Positions 38,110-48,210 of a DNA stretch of 64,000 nucleotides are shown one piece after another; the first letter of the stretch is position 1; each line of letters opens with the position of its first letter. The position numbers were made by a program, and so were the translations under genes. Source of the DNA: Mobula hypostoma (Eukaryota); the NCBI RefSeq assembly GCF_963921235.1, contig NC_086107.1:95356001-95420000 (forward strand). Direction: 5' to 3'. Below the pieces are notes generated by a model. It was not told the DNA's origin, ran no database searches, and saw only the letters and a program-made list of their open reading frames with translations.

Positions 38110-39680
38110 AACAGGAATGGAATTCTTGGGGCTGGCGAACAGGGATGTTGATGGCTGTGGGTTGGAGTAAAAGGAATTAGGACGGGAGCTGGCCAAGGTT
38201 GATTAGAAGGAGATACTAGCAGGGATGACAACAGAGAAGCGATGGCTGGAGTTTCTAGGAACAATTTGGAAGGCACAGGATAAATACAACCCAAAGAAGA
38301 AGTACTCTAAAGTCAGGATGACGCAACCAAGGAACAACAAGAAAAGAAGCTTGACCTTAGTGGTTAGGAAGATGTTGGAGTTGATTGTTAAAGATGAGGT
38401 AACAGGGTACTTGGAGGCACATGATAAAATAGGCCAAAGTCAGCATGGTTTCCTTAAGGGAAAATCTTGCCTGATAAATCTGTTGGAATTACTTGAGGAA
38501 ATAGCAAGCAAGACAGACAGTGGATGATCGGTGGATGTTGTGTGCTTGGATTTTCAGAAGGCCTTTGAGAAGTGCCGCACATGAGGCTGCTCAGCATAAG
38601 GTGTTACAGGAAGGGCGTGGATAGAGCATTGGCTGATTGGCAGGAGACCAAGAGTGGGAGTAAAGGCAGCCTTTTCTGATCGGCTGCCGGTGACCAGTGA
38701 TGTTATGAAGGGTTGGTGTTGGGACTGCTTCTTTTTACAATAAATGTCAATGATTTGGATAATGGAATTGATGGCTTTGTGGCCAAGTTTGCAGAGCACA
38801 GGAAGACAGGCGGAGAGGCAGGTAGTGTTGAGGAAGCAGGGAGGCTGCAGAAGGACTCCCTGCTTGGGTTGGATGAATGGGCAAAGAAGTGGCAGATGGA
38901 ATAGAGCATTGGTAAGTCTTTGGTTGTGCACTTTGATATAAGGAATAAAAGCATAGACTATTTTCTAAACAGGAAGAAAATTCAGAAATCCAAGAAGCAA
39001 AGGGACTTAGGAGTCCTGTGCAGGATTCCCTAAAGGTTAACTTGCAGGTTGGACAGGTGGTGAGGAAGGCTAATGCAATGCTAGCATTCATTTTGAGAGG
39101 ACTAGAATATAAAAGCAAGGATGTAATGCTGAGACTTTATAAAGCACTGGTGAGGCCTCACTTGGAGTACTGTGAGCAGTTTTGGACCCCCTGTCTAAGA
39201 AAGGATATGCTGACATTAGAAAGGGGTCAAAGGAAATGCATGAGTATGATGCCGGGAATGAAAGGGTTATCACATGAGGAATGTTTGATGGCACTGGGCC
39301 AATACTCGCTGGAAGTTAGAACAATAAGGAGGGATCTCATTGAAACCTATCAAATGTTGAAAGGCCTAGGTAGAGTGAATGTAGAAAGCTTGTTTCCTAT
39401 ACTGGGGAGTCTAGGAGCAGAGGGCACAGCCTCAGAATAGATTGATGTCTATTTCAAATGGAGATGAGGGGGAATTTGTTTAGCCAGAGTGAGGTAAATC
39501 TGTGGAATTTGTTGCACAGGTGGCTGTGGAGGCCAGGTTGTTGGGCATATTTAAGGTGGAGTTGATAGGTTCTTGATTAGTCAGGGTGTGAGGAAATTGG
39601 ATTGGCCATGATGAAATGTTGGGGGAGACTCGATTGGCCAAATGGCTCAATTCTGCTCCTATGTCTTATGGTCTCATGGT
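38110..39680 (+). mobile_element. CR1 LINE in intron 5 of the galanin-family gene
   Basis: SQHGFLKGKSCLINL, KFAEHRKTGG, LYKALVRPHLEYCEQFW; 3' end tcttatggtctcatgg. Confidence 0.88.
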
Positions 39681-40084
39681 GTCCAGGTTCTCTCACTTCC
39701 AGATCACCAACCAGTGACCCTGTGACTGACCCAATGGTCTGGTCCTCTGGAAAACTTATCTAATCTCCTCTCATCCATCACCTTCCCTTTCTCCAGCCCC
39801 TCACCCCTCCCCTCCAAACCACTTCTGCCAGGAGCTCTGCTCTTCAGCCTTCCCTGTGAGATGTCAGTGACCACATCCACACTTTATTTCCATGGGTCCA
39901 GAGGTCTGAGCTGTTGCAGGTTTTTCTTTGTGCACCAGGAGACCTCAAATCCAAGCACTATTCCATTCCCATGTAGAGAGTAGAGTAGGGCCCTGGTAGA
40001 TTTCTCAGCCTGGGAGTCTCTGTGACCACAGCATTCAACAGGAAGCCACATCCCAATCGGGGGAATTTACACATCACAACCCAA

Positions 40085-40505
40085 CCTAGGACTTCCCACC
40101 GATGGGATATCCCACCCATTACATCCCAACCTGTGACATCCCACCCATTACATCCCAAACTGGGACTTCCCACCCATTATATCTCAAAATGGGACCTCCC
40201 GCCCATTACATGCCAAACTGGGACTTCCTACCCATTACATGCCAAATTGGGACATCTCACCCATTGCGTCCCAGACGGGGAGATCTCACCCATTACATCC
40301 CATCCTCAGGAAGTCGCACTCATTACATCCTAACCCTAGGACATCTCACACATTACATCCCAACCTCAGGATGTCCCACTCATTACACCCTAACCATGGG
40401 ACACCTTACCCATTACATCCCAAAGTGGGACATCTCACCCATTACATTCCAAACTGGGAAATCTCACCCATTGCATCCTACCCTGGGACATCTCACCCAT
40501 TACAG
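40085..40505. repeat. 30-bp minisatellite (cccattacatcccaaactgggacatctcac)
   Basis: About 14 copies. Confidence 0.9.
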
Positions 40506-40639
40506 TCATGGAGCCACATGAAGCCCCAGGTTATCTCAGCCATGATATGGAGACAGTCCTGGTAGTCATGCACTGCTGACTCTGCCTTGGAGCTGCTTCC
40601 TCAGCCGTGCATCTCAGCAGCATCCCCGTCTACACTTAC

Positions 40640-40690
40640 CTGCCAGGCGTGAGTAGGACAGCATTTCCACCAGTGGCTGAATGGTATCTC
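40640..40690 (-). CDS. GAL/GALP: Galanin-family precursor, exon 5: (R)DTIQPLVEMLSYSRLA(G), GMAP helix
   Basis: attctcccacag| acceptor and CAG|gtaagt donor, phase 1-1; aligns with GMAP NIMRTIIEFLSFLHLK. Confidence 0.82.
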
Positions 40691-40759
40691 CTGTGGGAGA
40701 ATTCACAACATTGCCAAATGGTAATGGAACCAACTGAGATACCAAAGCAGCCTCTGCCT

Positions 40760-41340
40760 CCCTGAATTTACCCCACCACCCACCAAACCCAACTCATCCC
40801 CACACTCCTCTCCTAAACACCTCCACATCTCAAACCACCCACACCCAAGCCCCAATCCCCCACATACCCCCACATCCCAAACCACCCACCCACTCCTCTC
40901 CTACACACCCTCACATCCCAAGTCCCTATCCCCTACACACTCCTCTCCTACACACCCAACATCCCAACACATTCACACCTGTCCCTATTCCTCACACCCT
41001 CGTCTCACATCATTCTCCCATCCCAACCCACCCACACCCCAACCCATACCCGACACAAACCCCTCTTCGACACACCCTTCCAATCCAAGCCATTCACATC
41101 CCACCCCTGTACTACACACTGTCAACTCCAGCTACCCCAAACACCCCTCAGTCACAAACCCACCTCAACCATACTCCTCGTCCTGTCTCCACCAACCCCC
41201 TCCCATGCACCCTCCTAACCCAACGCACTCACCCCCACACCAATTTCCCGCACCACCCCTTTCCCTCACCCTGCCAGCCCACCTTACCCAACCTCACCTG
41301 AGTGAACACTGCCCACCCCACTCATCCCACACACTCTAGG
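40760..41340. repeat. C/A-rich low-complexity tract
   Basis: (ca/cc)-rich and G-poor on the + strand. Confidence 0.75.
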
Positions 41341-41472
41341 TGCCCTCTCTCCACCCAGCCTAGCCCTCTGCCACTCAGGAATGGGATGGCCCTCTTATTT
41401 CAAGGGCCTCATTAGACACCCGGCATCTCGCACTGCAGAGCATGGAGTTACACAGTAATCAATGATCCTCAC

Positions 41473-41571
41473 TGTGGTCTGCACCATCGGAGTTGGACCT
41501 GGCTCCAGCAATGTCCCTTTTCCCAGCGAGGCCAGGCCTATCCATCAGCAACCGATGACCATTTGCAGCAT
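41473..41571 (-). CDS. GAL/GALP: Galanin-family precursor, exon 4: (D)AANGHRLLMDRPGLA-GKR-DIAGARSNSDGADH
   Basis: cttctgtcctttcacttcag| acceptor and ACA|gtgagg donor, phase 1-1; HR...D..GLA-GKR matches galanin 14-29 plus the amidation site. Confidence 0.9.
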
Positions 41572-41639
41572 CTGAAGTGAAAGGACAGAAGCAGCTCAGC
41601 TCTCCCCAACACCAGACCATCAACAGTTTGAACACCGGG

Positions 41640-42295
41640 AGACACTTGTAACAGGTACCAGCACCAACATTCAGAGTTACTGGTATCAGATGCTGGGACC
41701 AACACTGAGAGTGACTGATAACAGACACTTGGACCAACACTGGTAGTGATTGGAAATGGACACTGGGGCCAACACTGGTAGTGATTGGTAATGGACACTG
41801 GGGCCAACACTGGGAGTGATTGGTAAGGGACACTGGAGCCAACACTAGGAATGATTAGTAATGGACACTGGGGCCAACACTGGGAGTGATTGGAAATAGA
41901 CAATGGGGCCAACACTGGGAGTGGTTGGTAATGGACACTGGGAGTGACTGATGAAAGACACTGGGATCAATACTAAGAGTGACTGGTAATGGGCACTGGG
42001 GTCAACACTGAGAGTGATTGGTAATGGGCACTGAGGCCAACACTGGGAGTGACTGGTAATGGACACTGGGGCCAGCGCTGGAAGTGATTCGTAACAGACA
42101 CTGATGTCATCACTGGGAGTGGATGATAATAGACACTGGGACCATCACTGGGAGTGACTGATAACAGACACTGGGACCAACACTGGGAGTGACCGATAAC
42201 AGACACTGGGACCATCACTGGGAGTGACCGATAACAGACACTGGGACCAACACTGGGATGACCGATAACAGACACTGGGACCAACACTGGGAGTC
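41640..42295. repeat. 35-bp minisatellite (ccaacactgggagtgattggtaatggacactgggg)
   Basis: aacact recurs at 41701, 41736, 41771, 41806 and onwards. Confidence 0.92.
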
Positions 42296-42299
42296 ATTC

Positions 42300-42780
42300 T
42301 GCTGTACTCCAAGGAATAAAAGAAGCCTGCCCTGTCTCTCTATATATCTCAGGCCCTGTAATGTTGGTAATATTTGTGTAAATCTTTTCTGCTCTCTTTC
42401 TAGTTTAACCACATCTTTCAGATAACAAAATTATATACAGTACTCCAAGTGTGGCCTCACCAATGACTTATATAACTGCAACATAACATCCCAACACCCA
42501 CAGTCAGTCTCCTGACTGAAAAAGGCCACCGTACTAAATGCTCTTTTTCACCATCCTGTCTACCGGTGACATCGGTTTCAATGAAGTATCTACTTGTACC
42601 CGTAGTGTAATGGAACAGATACTTGTACTTGTATCTGTTCCATTACACTCCCCAGCGCCCTACCATGCATAGTACAAGTACCACGCTGATTTGACTTTCC
42701 AAAATGCATCATCTCATACTTCTCTGTGTTGAAATCTACTTGCCATTCATTGGCTCACTTCCCTGACTATACAAGATACC
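42300..42780 (-). mobile_element. Old CR1 fragment
   Basis: KLEREQKRFTQILP; tactccaagtgtggcctcacc. Confidence 0.7.
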
Positions 42781-43239
42781 CTTTTTTGTATCTCAGTACG
42801 CATGACAATAATAAACCAATACCAAATCTCCCCAGATTTACAGTCTGCAGTGAGCAACCTGCACGTTTCTGGGATCTGGGAGGAAACTGGGGAGGTAGAG
42901 AAACCCCACAGGGAGAAGGTGTCAGCACCCACGGTCAGGACTGAACTAGGATCTCTGGCTTGAAGGCAGCAGCGCTTGTTACTGCACCAATGTACAGACA
43001 TAAAGGCCTGTTAGTCTTTTGATTATTACCTGGAATTCTTCGTGACTTGTTCATAATCTTGTACATGGGAAATTCCCTCCTAATATTTGTGTCCAGTGCA
43101 TTTTGCATATGACAACAATATGCTGCAAAGTTCAAGTTTTCCCTTTTCTTCTCATCAATGAAGTCCACCTTACCAGGCGTATAGCAGGGGGAGTTAATTC
43201 AGCTGCTGCAGTGTGGGAGGAGGTGTGACTGTTACTTAC

Positions 43240-43294
43240 CGGGACCTAAGAGATAGCCAGCACTGTTCAGTGTCCAACCTCTTCCTTCTTTTGG
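43240..43294 (-). CDS. GAL/GALP: Galanin-family precursor, exon 3 (55 nt): PKEGR-GWTLNSAGYLLGP
   Basis: Perfect galanin(1-13) core; cttacttttcag| acceptor and CCG|gtaagt donor, phase 0-1; same size as GAL exon 3. Confidence 0.97.
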
Positions 43295-43828
43295 CTGAAA
43301 AGTAAGCTTAACAGTTTTAGTTTACAAAGGGACATTATCTTGCGATTTTTTTTTACATTAATTCGCCCAGCCTTTTCAGTGGCAACCACATGCTGTGAAA
43401 CTCTGACCAAAAGCGCCTCCATCTCAGCACCATCACAGAAAGACTCAGCTTCAGGGGCAAAATGGACATCTTGAAAAGTGAGGAAACAGCCACAGGCTCT
43501 ACGGACTCTCCTCTCTCCTACGTCAACGCAAACACATTCCCCCTAGAGGTGAGATAAATTAGTTAGGGCCAACTAATTCACTGCACGTAGACGCAGGCAC
43601 TAGCAGTATCCAGCACATTCAAAAGTTAGCAAGTACTTAGAGGAAGGGTATCTTCAGAACTTGCCTTGGCACAGTGAGAGACAGAGGTTCCAGCAACCCT
43701 TCACAGATTATTCACCTGTTGATCCAGTTTTATACCTTCTGCCCTCTCCCGTCGGCTGTTTTAGCCAGCACTGGACAGAGGCAGAGGATTAAACTGTGAC
43801 CCCACTGCCGAACACCCAAGATAATTAC

Positions 43829-43909
43829 CATCAGAATGAATCCGAAACATCCCATTGTTAAGCCACAGAGGATCAAAGAGGTCCGGGTGAGAGAGAGGCC
43901 TCGCCACAT
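43829..43909 (-). CDS. GAL/GALP: Galanin-family precursor, exon 2 (81 nt): signal peptide MWRGLSLTRTSLILCGLTMGCFGFILM
   Basis: tctctctctccccccag|ATG; donor ATG|gtaatt, phase 0; 27 codons, as in the GAL signal exon. Confidence 0.88.
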
Positions 43910-44379
43910 CTGGGGGGAGAGAGAGAAAATCGACAGTGGTGAGAGGACCACGCTGCAGGGACCCCACTCTGGAGCCCTCCCAGAGACCCAGCCTTGGCCT
44001 CGCTCTCACTGGGCATGCCTGAATCCCATCCTCTGCCAGATTAGAGCTGTATTTGCTGCCGATGGATCTTGTTGAGTTCGGGAAGCAGAGAACCCACAGG
44101 CACCCACAGCACCATGGGACGAGGTAGGAGTGCGGGGGGAAGGGGAAGTGTGTGTGGAACTGTGTGGGAGGGGAGAGATGTGATGGGAGCACCTCAGGGA
44201 CTGCAGTGGTTCAAGAAGGCAGCTCATCACCAGCTTCTCAAGGGTAACTAGGGATGGGTTAGCTGGCAATGCCCACATCTCGTAAGTGAATAAATTTTTT
44301 AAAATAGCCAAATGGCCTAATTCTGCTCCTATGCCAAAGGTCTTATGAGAGTGTTGGGGGGGGGGAGGAAAAGGATATG

Positions 44380-44710
44380 AGATGTGAGGAATGAGTAGGA
44401 AAGGGTGTGGTGGAGTGGTGTGTGTAGGGGAGGAGAGGAATGAGATGGGGGGAGATGTGGGTGGGGTAGAGGGAGTGTGGGGGCATTGGAGAACATGCCA
44501 GAGAGAGGAAGAGTTGGGATGGGAGATGTGGGTGGAGGGGAATGGAGGTGTGGGTGGGTAGAGGGGAGGTGTGGGGGAGGTCTGTGGGGGAGGGAAGTTG
44601 TGCAAGGGAGGGGCACTGGAGGGGAATGGAGGTGTGGGTGGGTAGAGGGGAGGTGTGGGGGAGGTCTCTGGGGGAGGGTAGTTGTGCATGGGAGGGGCAG
44701 TGGAGAGGAG
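44380..44710. repeat. G-rich low-complexity tract with a ~75-bp tandem duplication
   Basis: ggaggggaatggaggtgtgggtgggtagaggggaggtgtgggggaggtct occurs twice. Confidence 0.75.
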
Positions 44711-44829
44711 GGGTACTCACAGGGGGTTGATGTCACTGGGATGTCTGTGTGATGGAGGAACCATGACTAGTGTTTGCAGATTGGGGGGGGGTGATTTGGT
44801 GGCAGTGAGGGCAGAAGCATTGACATCTC

Positions 44830-47820
44830 TCAGAACTACGACTGTACCTGCCTCTAAAATTGCTCTGACCAGCTCCTTCCATATATTCATACTCTCACAT
44901 CCCCTTTAAATCTCCCCCCCCCCCCCCAAACCTATGCCTTCCAGTTTCAGATTCCCCACCCTGGGGAAGAAGATATGATCATGCACTTTATCTGTGTCCC
45001 TCAGGATTTGATAAGGTCACCCTCAGCTTCCTACACTTCAGGGAAAACTGTCCCTGACTAATAATAAGTACTTTGTTGATCCCAAGTGGAAAATTCTTTT
45101 GTTACAGCAGCCACATTTTAAAATACACTTAGCAGTGTTCAGACTTAATAATAACGTACAAAAAAACAATATACACAATAATATACTAACCAATCTCTTC
45201 TTATAATTTAAGCCCTCAATCCCTGCAATTTTCTTGTGAATCTTTTCTGCACCTTCTCCGCTTAATCATAGACTTCCTATAGCATGGTGACCAGAACTGC
45301 ACACAATCTCCATTATCCCCTCTGACTCAGTGTAATGTTGTACGTCATTGGCTAGTTCACCCTGCATCCCATGTAATCTAACCTTCTGGAGCAGACTACC
45401 ATCTCTAAAACCCATCCTAAAGTCCACACGGACAGTATCTACCAGCCTGCCATACATAATTTAATTGGTCACCCCCTCAGAAGATTCATTCCAATCCATG
45501 ATGCATGATTTCCCACACACAAAGCCATATTGACCATCTCTAATCAGTCCTTGACTTTCCAAATGCAGGTAGATCCTATCCTTCAGAATACCCTACATTA
45601 ACTTTCCCACTGTAGTTTCCTGGCTTGGGATTGTCCTTGCTGCCATTTTAAAGTAAGGCACAACATTCCCAACCACCAGTCTTCTGGTACCTCACTTGTG
45701 GCTACAGATGCCAAAATCTTTGTCAGAAGCCCAGCAATTTCTTCCTTTGCTGTTGCACAATGTCTTAGGGTGAACTTGGTCAGATCCCAGAGACTTATTC
45801 AATTTTGTGCTCCTTAACTCCGCCAACATCTCCTGTTTTGTAACAGTGATATGTTTCAGATCTTTTCTCTCATGAATTCCTCAGCTCTCATGATGCTTTC
45901 CAAGGTAAATATAAGACAGTATTTTATTTATGTATTGATAGATATAGCACATTAACAGGCCCTACCAGCCCAATGACACACACCGTCCAATTACACAATG
46001 CGACCAATTAACCTTCTAACCTGTATTCCTTTGGGATGTGGAAGGGAACCGGAGCACCCAGAGGAAATCCATGCAGTCATGGAGGAGCAGACAAACTCCT
46101 CATGGACAGAGGTGGAAATTGAATCTGGGTTGCTGGTGTTGTAATTGTGTTACACAAACTGCTACCCCACTGTGTTGCCACCGCAGACCATAAGACATAA
46201 GACATAGGAGCAGAATTAGGCCATTCGACCCATCGAGTCTGCTCCACCATTCCATCATGGTAATTTATTAACTCTCTCAAACACATTCTCCTGCCTTCTC
46301 TCCTTAACCTTTAATGCCCTTATTAATCAAGTGCCTACCAATCTCCTTTTAAGAATACTCAGTGACTTGGTCTCCACAGCCATTGTGGCAATGACTTCCA
46401 CAGAGTCACCACACTCTGGCTAAAGATATTCCTGTGCTCCAAAGTGGTGTCCTTCTACTCTGAGGCTGAATATACTCGTCAGTATAGGAAACTTCCTCTC
46501 CATGTCTATTCTATCTAAACTTTCGAATATTTGCTGGTTTCAATGAGATGCCCCCTCATTCTTCTGATCTCCAGCAAGTACAGGCCCAGAGCCATCAAAT
46601 GCTCCTCGTACATTGACCCTTTCATTCTCGGGATCCTTCTCATGAACTTCCTCTGGACCATCTCTAATGCCAGCACATCTTTTTTCAGATAAGGGACCCG
46701 AAACTGCTCACAATACTCCAAATGTGGTCTGACCATTGCCTTATAAAGCCTCAGCATCACATCCTTGCTTTTATATTCCAGTCCTCTTGAAATGAATGCT
46801 AACATTGCATTTGTCTTCCTTACTATTATTCAACCAGCAAGTAATCCTGCTCAAGGACTCCCAAGGTCCCTTTACACCTCTGATTTCTGAATTTGCTTCC
46901 CATTTAGAAAATAGTCCATGCCTTTATTCCCTCTACCAAAGTGCATGACTATACACTATATTCCATCTGCCACTTCTTTACCCATTCTCTTAATCTGTCT
47001 AAATACTTCTGTATATTCCCTGCTTCTTCAACAGTACCTGTCCCTCCACCTATCTTTGTATTAACTGCAAACTTGGCCACAAAGCCATCAATTCCATCGT
47101 CCTAATTACTGACATATAACATGAAAAGAAGCGGTCCCAACACCGACCTCTATGGAACACTAACAGTCACTGGCAGCCAGCTAGAGAAAGGGCACAATAA
47201 TATGCTTGCAGAATCTCTTTGAATTCCCCTTTACCTCATCAGTTAAGAGTACCTCATACCCTTTATTCCCTGTTCTAACCCCAAACTCCTTAATTTTTCT
47301 AATATACTGACAACTGACTGATCTGCTTTTTAAAAATAAACTTAATGATATGTTCTCCACTTCCCTCTGAGATAGAACATTCTAAAGGTTCATCACTGTC
47401 TGACTTCATCTCCATTCTAACTGACCAATCCCTTATTTGGAGATGATGTTGTTCTGGATTCCTCACTCCCTGTCCACCCTGTCAAGCATTCAGATCACTG
47501 CAATTCTGTTGAAAGATCATCAACCCAAAATGTTAACTGTTTCTCATTGCACAGATGTTGCCTGACCTGTTGAGTGTTTCCGGCTTTAATTGCATTTAAA
47601 AAAATTCTAACTCTTTGTAGGTCTCAATGAGGTCATGTTTCAATCTTTTAAACTTTAAAGAAAAGAATCTTGGTCTGTTGAGTATCTCCTGATATGACAG
47701 ATGAACCATCCTAGAAACCTGACCGGGGTATCTTTTCTGCACTCCCTCTGGCCTACAGCAAGTATATCCTTCTCTAGTTAAGGAGACCAGTATTTTAGGC
47801 ATGGTCTTAATAAAGCACTA
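44830..47820 (-). mobile_element. CR1 fragments plus an HE1-type SINE (~45950-46170) in intron 1 of the galanin-family gene
   Basis: LAFISRGLEYKSKDVMLRLYKAMVRPHLEYCEQF; ggaaccggagcacccagaggaaa SINE core. Confidence 0.75.
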
Positions 47821-48045
47821 GGAAAATATCTCTACTCTTTTACACACGCAAGAATGGCCAACAAATTATTGGCTTTGCTAATTATCAAGAAGTTAGTTTT
47901 AGTGATTTGTATACTCAGATCCCTTCAAACACCAACTTTTCTCAGTCTCTCTACATTTCTCTCAATGTGCTGGTAACCCAGTGCCAACACACTTTCCAAA
48001 TTCTGACAGAATAAAGAAAGTTATAAGGTAATAAAATAAATTTAC

Positions 48046-48210
48046 CTTGATATGGATGAAGAAAACACCCGTTTGTTTCTGAAGTTTGGATGAATTATTT
48101 GAACTTGGGAGGATTCAATTGTTTCGCAAGCAGAGTCTACGTGGAGAACAGCAAAGCTCAGATGACAACAGATGAATGTTGGAGCAGAGACACTGAAGGC
48201 TATATATATA
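48046..48210 (-). promoter_or_regulatory. TATA box and putative non-coding exon 1 of the galanin-family gene
   Basis: TATATATA at 48210-48201; donor AAG|gtaaat at 48045-48044; spliced junction TCAAG|ATG gives a purine at -3. Galanin genes have a non-coding exon 1. Confidence 0.6.

Noticed and set aside
43353-43469. Alternative AG|ATG (MSILPLKLSLSVMV...) as the galanin signal exon
   Set aside because: No suitable donor and it runs into a stop; 43829-43909 fits size, phase and sequence far better.
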